DNA of 64,000 nucleotides, taken from the NCBI GenBank assembly GCA_965644315.1, contig CBFFRQ010000056.1, positions 434,001-498,000 on the forward strand. Direction: 5' to 3'. Position numbers and translations under genes: made by a program. Numbering within the stretch: position 1 is the first letter of the stretch; each line of letters opens with the position of its first letter. Positions 1-9,789 of this stretch are shown piece after piece. Under the pieces are notes generated by a model. That model was not told where the DNA came from. It saw only the letters and a list, made by a program, of their open reading frames with translations, and searched no databases. Origin of the DNA: Caecitellus pseudoparvulus. Taxonomy: Eukaryota > Protista > Bigyra: Bicosoecida.

Positions 1-781
1 GACAGGCGAGCCGCAAGGCAGCCTCAGGCCCGTTCTCGCCTGCGGCGTGCACATCTACCGTTCGGTGTCCGCTAAGTGCCAGCAGCTCATGCACCACATC
101 TAGGTGTCCGTGCTCACAGGCGAGCCGGAAGCCAGCCTCAGGCCCCTGACCGTCTCCTGCGTGCACATCCACAGCCTGGGGGCCGGTTCGATCCAGCAGC
201 TCACGCACCACCTGCACATGTCCCTGTTGGCAGGCGAGCTGGAAACCGTCCAGTGGAGAGGCCCTGCTGCTCGCGTGCACGTTGACGGCACGGTCTCCGC
301 CCAGCCCCAGCAGCTCGCGCACGAGATCCAAGTGGCCATTGCGACACGCCTCCCGGAAGCCCGCTTCATCCTGAGAGTGCACGTTCACGGCACAGGCCCC
401 ACGCAGCGCCAGCAGCTCACGCACGAAGGGCAGCTGGCCAGCGCCACATGCTGCTCTAAAAGCACAGTCAAACACGCCCCGCATGCCCCCGCGCCGGTCC
501 TCGGCAATGCCAAACAGCCCACCCAGCCAATTGATGAGGCTCTGCTCGGTGCTGTCTCGGCTCTCCGCCACGCTGAAGAGCCCGCGCAGCAGGTCAAGGC
601 GAGCTTGCTCCGTGGCCAGGAGCGCAGCCAGGGAAATGTCAGACCACGCAAGTGACTCCCTCCCGGACACTGCCCACTCTGAATCCTCCTCCAGGAGTGC
701 AAGTAAGCCAGTTCCATCCTTTGCCGTGCGGGTAGCTCGCCAACGGCTCAGCCAGGCGCCAGAACCGCTCTGCTCAGCCAT
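1..781 (-). CDS. Ankyrin-repeat protein (3' end runs off the window)
   Basis: Not in the ORF track; translated by hand. The frame is open from ATG 781 (gccATGg) to base 1: MAEQSGSGAWLSRW...AFRAACGAGQLPFVRELLALRGACAVNVHSQDEAGFREACRNGHLDLVRELLGLGGDRAVNVH...GHLDVVHELLALSGHRTVDVHAAGENGPEAALRLAC. These are clear ankyrin units, and the DNA at 1-60 resembles that at 115-175. Confidence 0.9.
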   Translation of the reverse strand, partial: MAEQSGSGAWLSRWRATRTAKDGTGLLALLEEDSEWAVSGRESLAWSDISLAALLATEQARLDLLRGLFSVAESRDSTEQSLINWLGGLFGIAEDRRGGMRGVFDCAFRAACGAGQLPFVRELLALRGACAVNVHSQDEAGFREACRNGHLDLVRELLGLGGDRAVNVHASSRASPLDGFQLACQQGHVQVVRELLDRTGPQAVDVHAGDGQGPEAGFRLACEHGHLDVVHELLALSGHRTVDVHAAGENGPEAALRLAC

Positions 782-1242
782 GGCGTGTTGGGTTCAATTT
801 CCGCGTGCCTCTCTCGCTGCAGAAGGCCTGTGGCACGCACCACGCTCACCCCTGAGCTCTCACACACATTTCTCAAGCAACAAGTAGCCATATGCACATA
901 TGTGTCCTGTCACGGCTGATTTGAATTCAGTGGTGTGGGTTGTGGTTCCCAGGCATGACACGCCCAGCCGTGATAATTCCCGTGCTGCGCACCACCGTGA
1001 TCGCGCTGCGTCCGACCGTATCAAGGCCCTGCCAGGCCCAAACTGTGCATGCATAGCCTGTCAATGCTTCCCTTCTCCAGGTGTGGGCCGCGCGCCCGCC
1101 GCCACTGGCGCCCACGCAGCAGTCACTCGGACGCACTCCTACAAAACCCAGGGACCCGGCGAGCATCGCCCTCCCGCCAGATGCTGTCACCTTTCACCTA
1201 GACTCTGCACGCGCAGCACCGCACCCTTTCCTGCGGCCCGGC

Positions 1243-1905
1243 ATGGGGTGTGCGGCCAGCTCCAGCGCAGCGGGTGCCGACGCCGGCCAGTCCCCGCAGC
1301 AAGCGGCAGCATCGGACATTGCGGCGTGCGAGCCCGAGGCGCCCGGCGCCTCCACAAATAGCAACACAAAAAGTGTTTCCTATGGGAGCGCAATTTTGGA
1401 CAGCGCAGCCGGGGACGACGTGGAGGGGTTGGCGGAGGAGTTGCGGAAAATGAAGGCAGCAGCGCAAGACGACCCGACGGCGCCCTGGTGGGGTGCTACA
1501 GCTGATGGCCAAGGGCACAGCCTGCTCATGATCGCTTGCAAGCACGGGAGCCTTGGCGCAGCGCAGCTTCTGTGCGTGGAAGCTGGGATGGCGGCTGAAA
1601 CGGCAGCTGCGCCTCCTGCACACGACCCAAGCCAGCCAGTGGACTTGCAGGCGCAGGCGGCGCCGTTGAGAGACTTGCTGACAGCGACTCGGAGGGGGAC
1701 CCTGGATACGCCGTTGCACTATGCGGCACGGGTTGGGGACGAGGCGTTGTGCCGCGCACTGGTGCTGCTGTTGCTGGCAGGCGGAGCTTCAAAGTCCGCA
1801 AAGAATGCCTTTGGTTCCACGCCGGGGGGGGTGTGCGCCCACGCCGCCGTGCAGGCTCTGTTGCACGACCCCTTTTCCGACATCACTGTGATGGGAGCAG
1901 TTTGA
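1243..1905 (+). CDS. Small ankyrin-repeat protein with N-terminal MGC acylation motif
   Basis: Ankyrin motifs GHSLLMIACKHG and DTPLHYAARVG...LLLAGGASKSAKNAFGSTP. The ATG at 1243 gives MGCAASS, which fits the myristoylation/palmitoylation consensus. Confidence 0.8.
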   Translation: MGCAASSSAAGADAGQSPQQAAASDIAACEPEAPGASTNSNTKSVSYGSAILDSAAGDDVEGLAEELRKMKAAAQDDPTAPWWGATADGQGHSLLMIACKHGSLGAAQLLCVEAGMAAETAAAPPAHDPSQPVDLQAQAAPLRDLLTATRRGTLDTPLHYAARVGDEALCRALVLLLLAGGASKSAKNAFGSTPGGVCAHAAVQALLHDPFSDITVMGAV

Positions 1906-1918
1906 ATTCCAGCAGCGT

Positions 1919-4900
1919 TCAGTTGCCTGGCCGAGGGCGCTTGGCAGAGGGGGTCGGCCCGCTGCGTTGCCGAGGCCGCTTGGCGTTGCTGCCTCGACCC
2001 GTGCCGGGGCGGGCAGGGGGGGAGGCCATGCCCTGCTGCGCCTGTGCTTCGCGCTGAGCCCGGCTGGCCAGGAGCATGGCCAGGGCGGGGGAAGCCCCCC
2101 CGCCGCCCAGCGCAGGGGGGGGCTGGGCGGGGGAGGCTGATAGCCCCTTCAGGGACAGACGCAGCCCCCCCCCTGGCGTGGTGGGTGCTGCCGCCAGGAG
2201 GCGGGCCAGGAGGCCTTGGGCGTTGGAGAGGAGGGGGGTGTACTGGGTGTCGGGGATGAGGTGGGAGGGGGGCAGGGCGGGGGTGGAGCCCCCCCCCCCG
2301 CCGATGAGCACAGCCGGAACACCCACCCCTACACAGGCGGCGGCGTCGAGTGCCACTTCCCAGGGGGAGGGGCCGGTGCGGCGGCGCGTGGATGCGACGA
2401 AAGATCGCATGCGGGCTTTGAGGCTGGCGGGGTGCTTGACGCGGTAGTAGAAGGCGATGACGTCAGGGGTGGCCTTGTTGGGCAGGTGCGCGGCGATGCG
2501 CCGGAACACCTTGCCGTACACCATGAAGGCCATGAAGAACACGAGTTTCTCCAGGTCCGCCCACGGCGCCGCCAATTCAACGCCTGCCTCGTCGCACTGG
2601 GCCCAGGTCGGAACACGCGGACCGCAGTCGGCAGGTCCAATCGGAACACCCTCCCAGGTCACCTGTGTTCCGCCCACGCCGGGGCGGCGGCGGCGTCCAG
2701 GCGTCTTGAAGGTGGGGCGGGGGGGCACCTCCACGCCGCCCAGCTGCAGAACACTGGTGATGGTGTTCTCAGCTGGGCACTGCAGGGCCAGCGGCAGGGG
2801 GGGTGCGGCCTGTGTGTCAGTGGGGGACACCGCCGCCGCCCACCGGTCCCCTGCCCCGTGCAGCGCAGAGGGGGGGGACACCGTGCCGGCCAGGGCGGCA
2901 GGGGAGGGGGGTGGCACCCGGCTGGCAACCCCCCCCCCGCCTGCGACACCTGCACCCCCATGCACGGTGAGTGCGGAAATAGCTGCCGCATGTGCCGAGG
3001 GCAGGAGACCCCGCCCCCCCGCCGCCAGTCGAGTCGCCTCCGCTGCCAGTCGCGAAACGCCCTCCGCATGCAGCAGAGCGGCGGCCGTCCAGGCAGTGCG
3101 GGAGGAGGGGGGTGCGAGGGAGGGGGGTGTCCGCAGGGACGCGAGGGGGGGCGGTGTCCGGACCAGGCCCCAGTGGCGCGCCCCTGTCCCCCAGGCGGAC
3201 CCCGCCCCCGCCGCAGCTGGGGGTGCGGCGGCGCCCTCATCCACTGACACCTGCAGGTGCAGGTGTGGGTGCAGGGTGCGGAGGAGGTGCCAGGGCGATC
3301 TTTCATCGCACGCGCTGTGCCGCTGGGCACGGGCCTGGAGGGGTGTCAGGGGGGGGGTGCAGGAGGGGTCGCGGAACCACCCCGCGCCCCACCCCCCCGG
3401 ACCCGCCCGCCAGGCGCGGGCTTGGTGGGCCCACCCCGGGTCACATTGCCCCACCGCCAGCATGGCTAGGGCTGTCGCCTGGTCCGCACTGGACCCCTGT
3501 CTCGCCCACGCCGCCAGTGTCCCCTCCAGGCCGGTGGAGGTGCGGGCGCCGCCGGCTGTGGCGGGGGCGGCGGGGGCGGCGGAGGGCGCGATGCGAGATC
3601 GCGTCGCCCGTGTCCCCCCCCCTCCCGCCTCTAGCCAAGCCAGTGTGCCCTCACTGCCCAGGGCCACCCCCACCAACTCAGCCTCCACGGTGCCCAGGCC
3701 GCCGTCAGAGGAGGGGGTGGCGAGGCCCGGCGTAATACGCAGGGCGCGCTCCCGCCGCGCCATGGCAGCCAGGGCCGGCCGCCGCATGAGGCAGTACCCC
3801 GCAGCCAGGGCACGCCGCGCCGCGACACGCGACCGCACACGCGCAAGTATTGCTGCGGTCATGGCCGGCTGCAACGCAGCATGGCTCGCGAGCGTGACGG
3901 CCATGTGCGGGGCCTGGGCGGGGCAGGCGTACAAGGGGGTCTCCCCCGCGGCGGGGTGCAAGTGAGGCAAGTGCGCGGCAAGTGCTTCCACCGACACCCC
4001 CGGCACCCGCACCGCCTCGCCCCCGCACGCCCCCACGCTCCCTGCGAAGGTGGGGTGGTCCCCGCCCCCCCGCGACAGGCCGCGGGTCGCAGCGACGTAC
4101 GATGGTCGCAGCGACGTCGGTGTCGACCACGGAGTCACTGGTGACAACAAGTGCGTCGCTGCGATGCGGGGGAGGGTGGCGGCGGGCACACCCAGCAGAG
4201 CCACTGCGGGGGCGGCGGTGTCCCCACCCCCTGCTGCGTTGCCGCACACGCCCCCCGCAGTGACTCCCGCCTGCCAGCTGAGGCGCAGCAGGGGGTGTGC
4301 CGCCACCACCGCCCGGGCGCGGTTTTCCGCACACACGGCCCGCCAGTCGCCGGCGCACGCGACGTCGCCCCGACCAGAAACGCTCAAGAGACTGGCCACG
4401 GCGCCGCTGACACTGCTGCTGCCGGGGGGGCGAGCCAGAGTGCGGGCCGACCACACTTGGCCAGCGGCACGGCAGGTGCGGAAATAGGTGCGCAACGCCG
4501 CACCCATGCACCGCTCGCTCTCCAGGGCCGCGGCGGCAGCAGCAGAGCGTGCGGCAGCGACAGCCTCTGCTGCGCTTCCAAATTCCGCACCGTACCTGCG
4601 CAGGCGTGCCGCCCACTCGCCCCAGGCCACGGGCGTGTCGCCGGCCTGGGCGGGGGCGTCTGCTGCGTTGTCAGATTCCGCAGGCGCGCCGCCGGCTCCC
4701 GTGCGCCCTGTCAAGCCGCGCGCCCGCCGCGCCTTGCTGCGTTTCAGGGAGTGTTCCAGCCGCTCAGACAAGTCCTTCCGCGCGGCCAAGGCCGCGGCAG
4801 CCGCCGCTTCAGCAGCGGCAGCTGCCGCGCGTTTCTCGGCTGCAGCCTGTTGGCGTTTCGCCCTGCGTTGCAGCGTTTCGCGTTTCGCGGCGAGGGCAGC

Positions 4901-5899
4901 GCCGACTGTCGCCTTGGCGCTCTCGAGCCGCCCCCGCGCATCACGCAATGCAGCGGACAATTGGCCCAGTCGCCGCATGCCTTCCATGACAGCGTCGGAG
5001 GAGGGCGGCGTGATGGGCCCACCCTCCGCCGCCCCCGGCAGCAGGCGCAGGATGCCCGCCGCCTCGCCCTGCACTTGCTCCACCTCTGCCTCCAAGGCGG
5101 AGCGGAGGGGGTGTGGAGGGGGGTGAGGGGGGGGCTGGGGGCACCCCCGTCCCCGGCGCCGTGCTGGGATGGTGCTGGGGAGGGGGCGGCGGGGGGGGCG
5201 CCTGGGGCTGGCCTGCGGGGGAGATGGGCCCACTGCCGCGGGGGTGGGCCCACTGTGGTGGAGCATGGCGCCACGTGCCCCCCCCCGCATGGGGCGGGTC
5301 GCGGGGGGGCTGCGGTGCGTAGGCCCACGCCCCCGCTGGGGGGACCGCATCCACTGGTCCCGCACCGTGGGAGGGGTGTGAGGGGGGGGGTACCGCGGAC
5401 GCCCCCGGGGGGCACCCGCCCTCCACCCCATCGTGGGGGGGTTCGACGGCGGCGGGGGGGGTCCAGGGGGGGAGCGTGGACCCCGCCCCCACCCCCCCTC
5501 CCCGCCACCCAGACGACCCCTTGCCCATCCAAGCGCGAGGGGGTGTGAGGGGGGTCGTGGAAGGGCCGCGGGGGGGTGCGGGGGGGGTGGACCCGGCAAC
5601 ACCTCCCCCTCCTCTGACCCCGAGCGGGGCCGCGACACCACCAGCCCCCCCCTGCGCCCCCCCTGCATGTACTGCCGCCCATCACCAGGCGGCCCCTGTC
5701 GGGGGTGTGGAGGGGGGGGTCCCTGGTGTCCGCGGGGGGGATGCTGGCGAGGGGGCGGGTGCGCCGGCGTGTGCCCCATGTGGGGTGGGCCAGGCCCGTC
5801 CCCTGCCCACCCCCCGTCGCCGCGGGGTGCTCGAATGAACGGCAGCGCCGCCACAAGACCACCTCCGCGGGGAGGCCCTCCCCGCCCGCGCCCGCTCAT
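1919..5899 (-). CDS. NCoR/SMRT/Snt1-like corepressor with SANT (DAD) domain
   Basis: SANT domain PWADLEKLVFFMAFMVYGKVFRRIAAHLPNKATPDVIAFYYRVKH. Upstream segments resemble the NCoR N-terminal GPS2/TBL1 region: VCAENRARAVVAAH ~ IYDENRKKAEEAH and ETPLYACPAQ ~ ELPLYNQPSD. Start placed at MSGRGRGG (5899), because the ORF further 5' overlaps the next gene. Confidence 0.75.
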   Translation of the reverse strand: MSGRGRGGPPRGGGLVAALPFIRAPRGDGGWAGDGPGPPHMGHTPAHPPPRQHPPRGHQGPPPPHPRQGPPGDGRQYMQGGRRGGLVVSRPRSGSEEGEVLPGPPPPHPPAALPRPPSHPLALGWARGRLGGGEGGWGRGPRSPPGPPPPPSNPPTMGWRAGAPRGRPRYPPPHTPPTVRDQWMRSPQRGRGPTHRSPPATRPMRGGARGAMLHHSGPTPAAVGPSPPQASPRRPPRRPLPSTIPARRRGRGCPQPPPHPPPHPLRSALEAEVEQVQGEAAGILRLLPGAAEGGPITPPSSDAVMEGMRRLGQLSAALRDARGRLESAKATVGAALAAKRETLQRRAKRQQAAAEKRAAAAAAEAAAAAALAARKDLSERLEHSLKRSKARRARGLTGRTGAGGAPAESDNAADAPAQAGDTPVAWGEWAARLRRYGAEFGSAAEAVAAARSAAAAAALESERCMGAALRTYFRTCRAAGQVWSARTLARPPGSSSVSGAVASLLSVSGRGDVACAGDWRAVCAENRARAVVAAHPLLRLSWQAGVTAGGVCGNAAGGGDTAAPAVALLGVPAATLPRIAATHLLSPVTPWSTPTSLRPSYVAATRGLSRGGGDHPTFAGSVGACGGEAVRVPGVSVEALAAHLPHLHPAAGETPLYACPAQAPHMAVTLASHAALQPAMTAAILARVRSRVAARRALAAGYCLMRRPALAAMARRERALRITPGLATPSSDGGLGTVEAELVGVALGSEGTLAWLEAGGGGTRATRSRIAPSAAPAAPATAGGARTSTGLEGTLAAWARQGSSADQATALAMLAVGQCDPGWAHQARAWRAGPGGWGAGWFRDPSCTPPLTPLQARAQRHSACDERSPWHLLRTLHPHLHLQVSVDEGAAAPPAAAGAGSAWGTGARHWGLVRTPPPLASLRTPPSLAPPSSRTAWTAAALLHAEGVSRLAAEATRLAAGGRGLLPSAHAAAISALTVHGGAGVAGGGGVASRVPPPSPAALAGTVSPPSALHGAGDRWAAAVSPTDTQAAPPLPLALQCPAENTITSVLQLGGVEVPPRPTFKTPGRRRRPGVGGTQVTWEGVPIGPADCGPRVPTWAQCDEAGVELAAPWADLEKLVFFMAFMVYGKVFRRIAAHLPNKATPDVIAFYYRVKHPASLKARMRSFVASTRRRTGPSPWEVALDAAACVGVGVPAVLIGGGGGSTPALPPSHLIPDTQYTPLLSNAQGLLARLLAAAPTTPGGGLRLSLKGLSASPAQPPPALGGGGASPALAMLLASRAQREAQAQQGMASPPARPGTGRGSNAKRPRQRSGPTPSAKRPRPGN

Positions 5900-6444
5900 G
5901 TGCCTGTGGCAATGCGGCAGACGCGGCAGCGTGCGGTGCGGAAATTGGTCTGCCGCCCTCCGTGCACGCGGCCACTCACCTGCCGCCACCCCATCGAGGC
6001 CCGCCGCCACGACGACTGCCTTGAAACCTGCCCTGACGAGATGGATGCCCTCCCCTGCCTCTGGCACCTCGGTCCCTGTGGGGGGGGTGAAGGGGGGCGC
6101 CCGCAGTGTGGAGGGCTGCCTGCGGCATTTGAAGCATCTGCGCCCTGCAGTTGCCACTCGTACATGTCCAGGAGTCCACCTCAGCCAGCACGCCGTGCTC
6201 CTGATCCTTTGCAAAACAGCTCTCCGGCGTGGTGTGGCCTCGAAATTCGGTGTAGGGCGCCGCTGGTGGCCCTGCGCGCGTTTTCCCAAGTTGGCGGGGG
6301 AGCTGCCTGGTGCAGGGCGGTCACGAGTGCCGCCACGCCTGCCCAGGCTCAGCGGGTGGGGGCTGTGCTCTGTTGGGGGTTGTGCTGCGTGGCGTGGCTT
6401 GCATTCGCGCGGTGCACACGGGGGGGGGGGGATGGGACCCCCCC

Positions 6445-9400
6445 TCAGCTGGACGTGTGAGGGGGCTTCACCTGGCGCAGGGTGAGGGCGAGGCGACCCC
6501 CCCCCACGACGGCAGCGGCCCCCCCCGGAGCCTTGCCAGGCAGAACACGCACCATGCCCATCAGAACACGGGTGGCGGGCCCCCCCCACACCAGCGCATC
6601 CCCCGCGCCCACCTTCACAGTGGGCGCCTTGCGGGCCCCACCGCCGCCGCCCGCGGCGCCAGGAGTCACCAGGCTGTAAGCAATTTCCGCAGTCGCCCCG
6701 AAGCTGATGCTGACACTGGGCGCACCTGCACGGGTGGCTGCGGGGGAGAGGGCGGGCTGGGGGGCCAGTGACTCCCGCCCCGTGGACGGAAAGTAACGCA
6801 CCAGGCCGACGGTGGGTGTGAACGCACGAGGCCCCCAGTCCCCCGCGCACGCCCCCTCATCCGCCGCCGCCGCCGCAGCCACCGCCACCGCGCCCAGGCC
6901 TGCCAGGGGGGGGGGCAGGGGGGGGCAGGGGGCCCCATCCACTGCCCGTGTGTGTTCCACCCTGAGGGACTTGGTGTTCCAGGTGCCCCCCAGCGGCAGG
7001 TCGTGCCACGGCTGTGGCTCAGCACCCCGGTTCAGGGGGCGGTACCACCCCCCCCCGACACCCCCCCTGCACCCCCATCCCCAGCCCCAGCACGCGGCAC
7101 GCCTCCACCACCACCCCCTGCACCGCCCGAGGCACCAACCCCCTCACCAGCACTAGCCCAGGCAGCAACACCTGTGTGCGGGGAGCTGCACTGCCGCTGG
7201 GCTGATGTGCTGCTGATTGCAGCCAGGCCTCCAGTGGGCCCATGAAGTCAGGGGGGGGCAGGGGGGGTGCTGTCGCCGGCCAGGGGATGCTGCCGCCGCC
7301 GCCGGCACCCCCCCGAGAGTGCCTGCGCAGGTACACCAGGAGATCGGGGTGGGGCGCTGCGCCTGGGGCGGTGGACCGCAGGTCCAGGGTGGGCCCACCC
7401 TCCGCCCCAGGCGCATCCCCCCCTGCCACCCCCGTAATGGGCGTGCTGGCCTCGAACCCCGCAGCGCCAAGTGTTGCCCACTGCTGTGATGTGCGGATGA
7501 TGTCGGGGCGGCCGGGGGGTGGGCCCACCTTCCCCGCCCGGGCCTGCCCCAGGCGCCCCGTGTCCCCCGGCAGCGTCCAAAAGTCCGCACCCCCCACCGC
7601 ACTGGCCACCGCACAGGCCCGCAGTTGGGCTGGCGGCAGTGTCCCGGCGACCGCCCCAATGGGCTGAGCACCCCCCTCCGGCCGGGGCACCATGAACGCA
7701 CCAGTGTGGGAGGCGGGGGATGCGGGGATACGGGGTCGGGGCCGGCGCCGGCGGGGGGCCTGGGGGGCGGGGTCCTCCCCCGCACCCTCCGCACCCCCCC
7801 CCTCTAGGGGGTCACCATGCTGCAACGCAGCAGACCGCCCAAAGGCGCCCCCCCCTCCAGCACGGCGGGGGGGCGACGGTGGCGCCACCCCCGCCGCAGC
7901 GGCCCTTCGCTGCATGCGTTTCTGGGCGTCTGCGGAAATTGCAGCGTACACATCCGCCGCCCGCCCCGAGAGGGTCGTGTTCGCAAAGGCGCCGCCGCCC
8001 ACGCCAGGCGTCGACTTGCCGGTGTGCGCCAGGTCCGGGTGTTCCGCCTTCGTGTTCCGGCTCGGCGGCGGCAGCGCCTCCGCTGCCCTGTGGGCATGTT
8101 TCCCCACTGGCACGCCCAGGCGCTGCAGGCCGGCCACCGAGCCCGCCGCCGCGACGCCCCCCCCCACCACGCCACTGCGCCGCACAGCCGCCTCGCTGAC
8201 GCCGTAGCTGGCGGCAAGGTCCGCGGAGGAGGCGTCCTGCTGCGTTTCGGAGATGGCCAGGGCGCCGCCGGTGAGGGTGAGGTCCAGGGTCATGCCGCGA
8301 CCCGCCTTGCGGGCCATGAGTGACTCCTGGCGGGCGGCCTCTGCGGCGGCGGCGGCGGCCTGTTCTGCTGGGGACAGCCACATGGAGGTGGCATCGGAGA
8401 AATAGTCCGCACTGTCGTCGAACACCTGCGACCGCGCGACGGCGGTGCGGTCGAACTCCAGCAGGCGGCTCTTGCGGGCGAGGGCGGCGGTGTACCCGTC
8501 ACCCCCCCCCTCCTCCCCCCCCGCATCCCCCCCTCGGCTCATGTACGCCTTGTCAGCCTCCTTGGACAGCGCTTCCGCGTGCTGGCTGGACACCTCTGCG
8601 GCACGGGCCCGGGCGCCCTCAATTCTCCGCCGCCCCATGTCTGCGGCGAAATGCAACGCAGCACCGCAGAAGGAGCACAGGCGCCCCGCCTCACGCTCAC
8701 AGATGACCTTGCCGCAGGCGGTACAGTTGCCCAGCAGGGCGTGGATAGTGCCCATGCAAGGGCAGTACGTACCACGGGAGGCGGCGACACCCACCCCCTC
8801 GGCACCCCCCACCCTGGCCCCCGCTGCCTCAGCGCCAGCGCCCTGCAAGGAGCCCTGCCGTGAGACGCGGGGGGGCAGGGGGGCGGGGGCGTGCTGCGTT
8901 GGGGCGACGCCGGTGGAGGTGCCGAGGCCCCCCCCCCAACCACCCCCCCCCTGTCCCCGCACCTTGCCCGCCATCACGTCCGCATCATCCGCACTGAGAA
9001 CACGGGGTCCGCTGGACGCCGCGGTCTGTTCCGCCCCCACCACCCGCACAGAAGCCAGGATGGCAGCCGCCACATCCTCGCCGTCCTGAGGGGGGGGTGA
9101 GGGGGGGGTGGCGTCACCATCGCCACCGTCCCCCCCTGCGTGCGCCGAGGGGGGGGGGGGGCTCCGAGGCGCCTTGCCCCCCCCCATGAGGCTCGCAAAG
9201 GCTGCCATGTCGTCATCGCCCCCCTTGCCGTGCCGCTTCACACCAGAAGTAGCCATGCCCGTGGGGGGGGCGTGTGCGGTGCTGGAGGGGGGTGCCTTGT
9301 GGCCCGACACACCCCCCCCTCCGACACGACGACCCCCCCCCTTCCGCCCCCGCTTGCCCTTCACCACAGTCACCTGGCGCCCCCCCCGGCGCTCCAACTG

Positions 9401-9643
9401 GGCCGCTGCCTCCACCGCTGGGGCGGGGGCGGGGGCAGGGGCCTCCTCCGGCAGTGCCGCAGACAGCCCCGCCACCAGCTCACCCACGGCAGGTGCGTCG
9501 CCGAACATGGACGCCGCGTACTCGCGCAGGTCTGCTGCGTTTCGGAAGGTGAGCAGGTAGTCCACTGTCTCGTCGCTTTCGAAGCCCAGGAGCAGGCTGA
9601 CCTGGTTGGCCAGCCAGGCGCGGGAGCCGACGACGCCAGCCAT
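6445..9643 (-). CDS. TRIP4: ASC-1/TRIP4 (RQT4)-like zf-C2HC5 protein fused to a degenerate ASCH segment and an inactive AlkB-like domain; 1-nt frameshift in a G-run at 7048-7067
   Basis: Contains a PWI-like N-terminus, the C2HC5 finger CPCMGTIHALLGNCTACGKVICEREAGRLCSFCG, and the TRIP4 motif KSRLLEFDRTAVARSQVFDDSADYF...WLS. The AlkB start LLPGLVLVRGLVPRAVQGVVVEACRVLGLG continues, after removal of one G, as GGWYRP...LGGTWNTKS...PSVSISFGATAEIAY...GDALVWGGPATRVLMGM...GRLALTLRQ to the TGA at 6445. Confidence 0.85.
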
Positions 9644-9789
9644 GCCTTGGCGTGGTGGCGACGCAGGTTCAGGTTCCGCACCTGACGCGAGGCGGCGAGG
9701 GTGCGCGCACAGGGAGACTCGGACGAGGGGAGCGTGTGCGAGGACCACTGCACGTGTGCATTTGGGTTGGGTTTATTACTGGCTGCCCT

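Noticed and set aside
185-195. GGTTCGA T-loop motifs suggesting tRNAs (also near 5440)
   Set aside because: They lie inside CDSs and no cloverleaf can be formed.
104-655. 183-aa plus-strand ORF with internal repeats
   Set aside because: It is the in-register antisense of the ankyrin gene on the minus strand.
5900-6850. 5' 317 codons of the 1643-aa ORF
   Set aside because: This stretch overlaps the AlkB domain in another frame and spans that gene's 3' end. It is stop-free only because of high GC.
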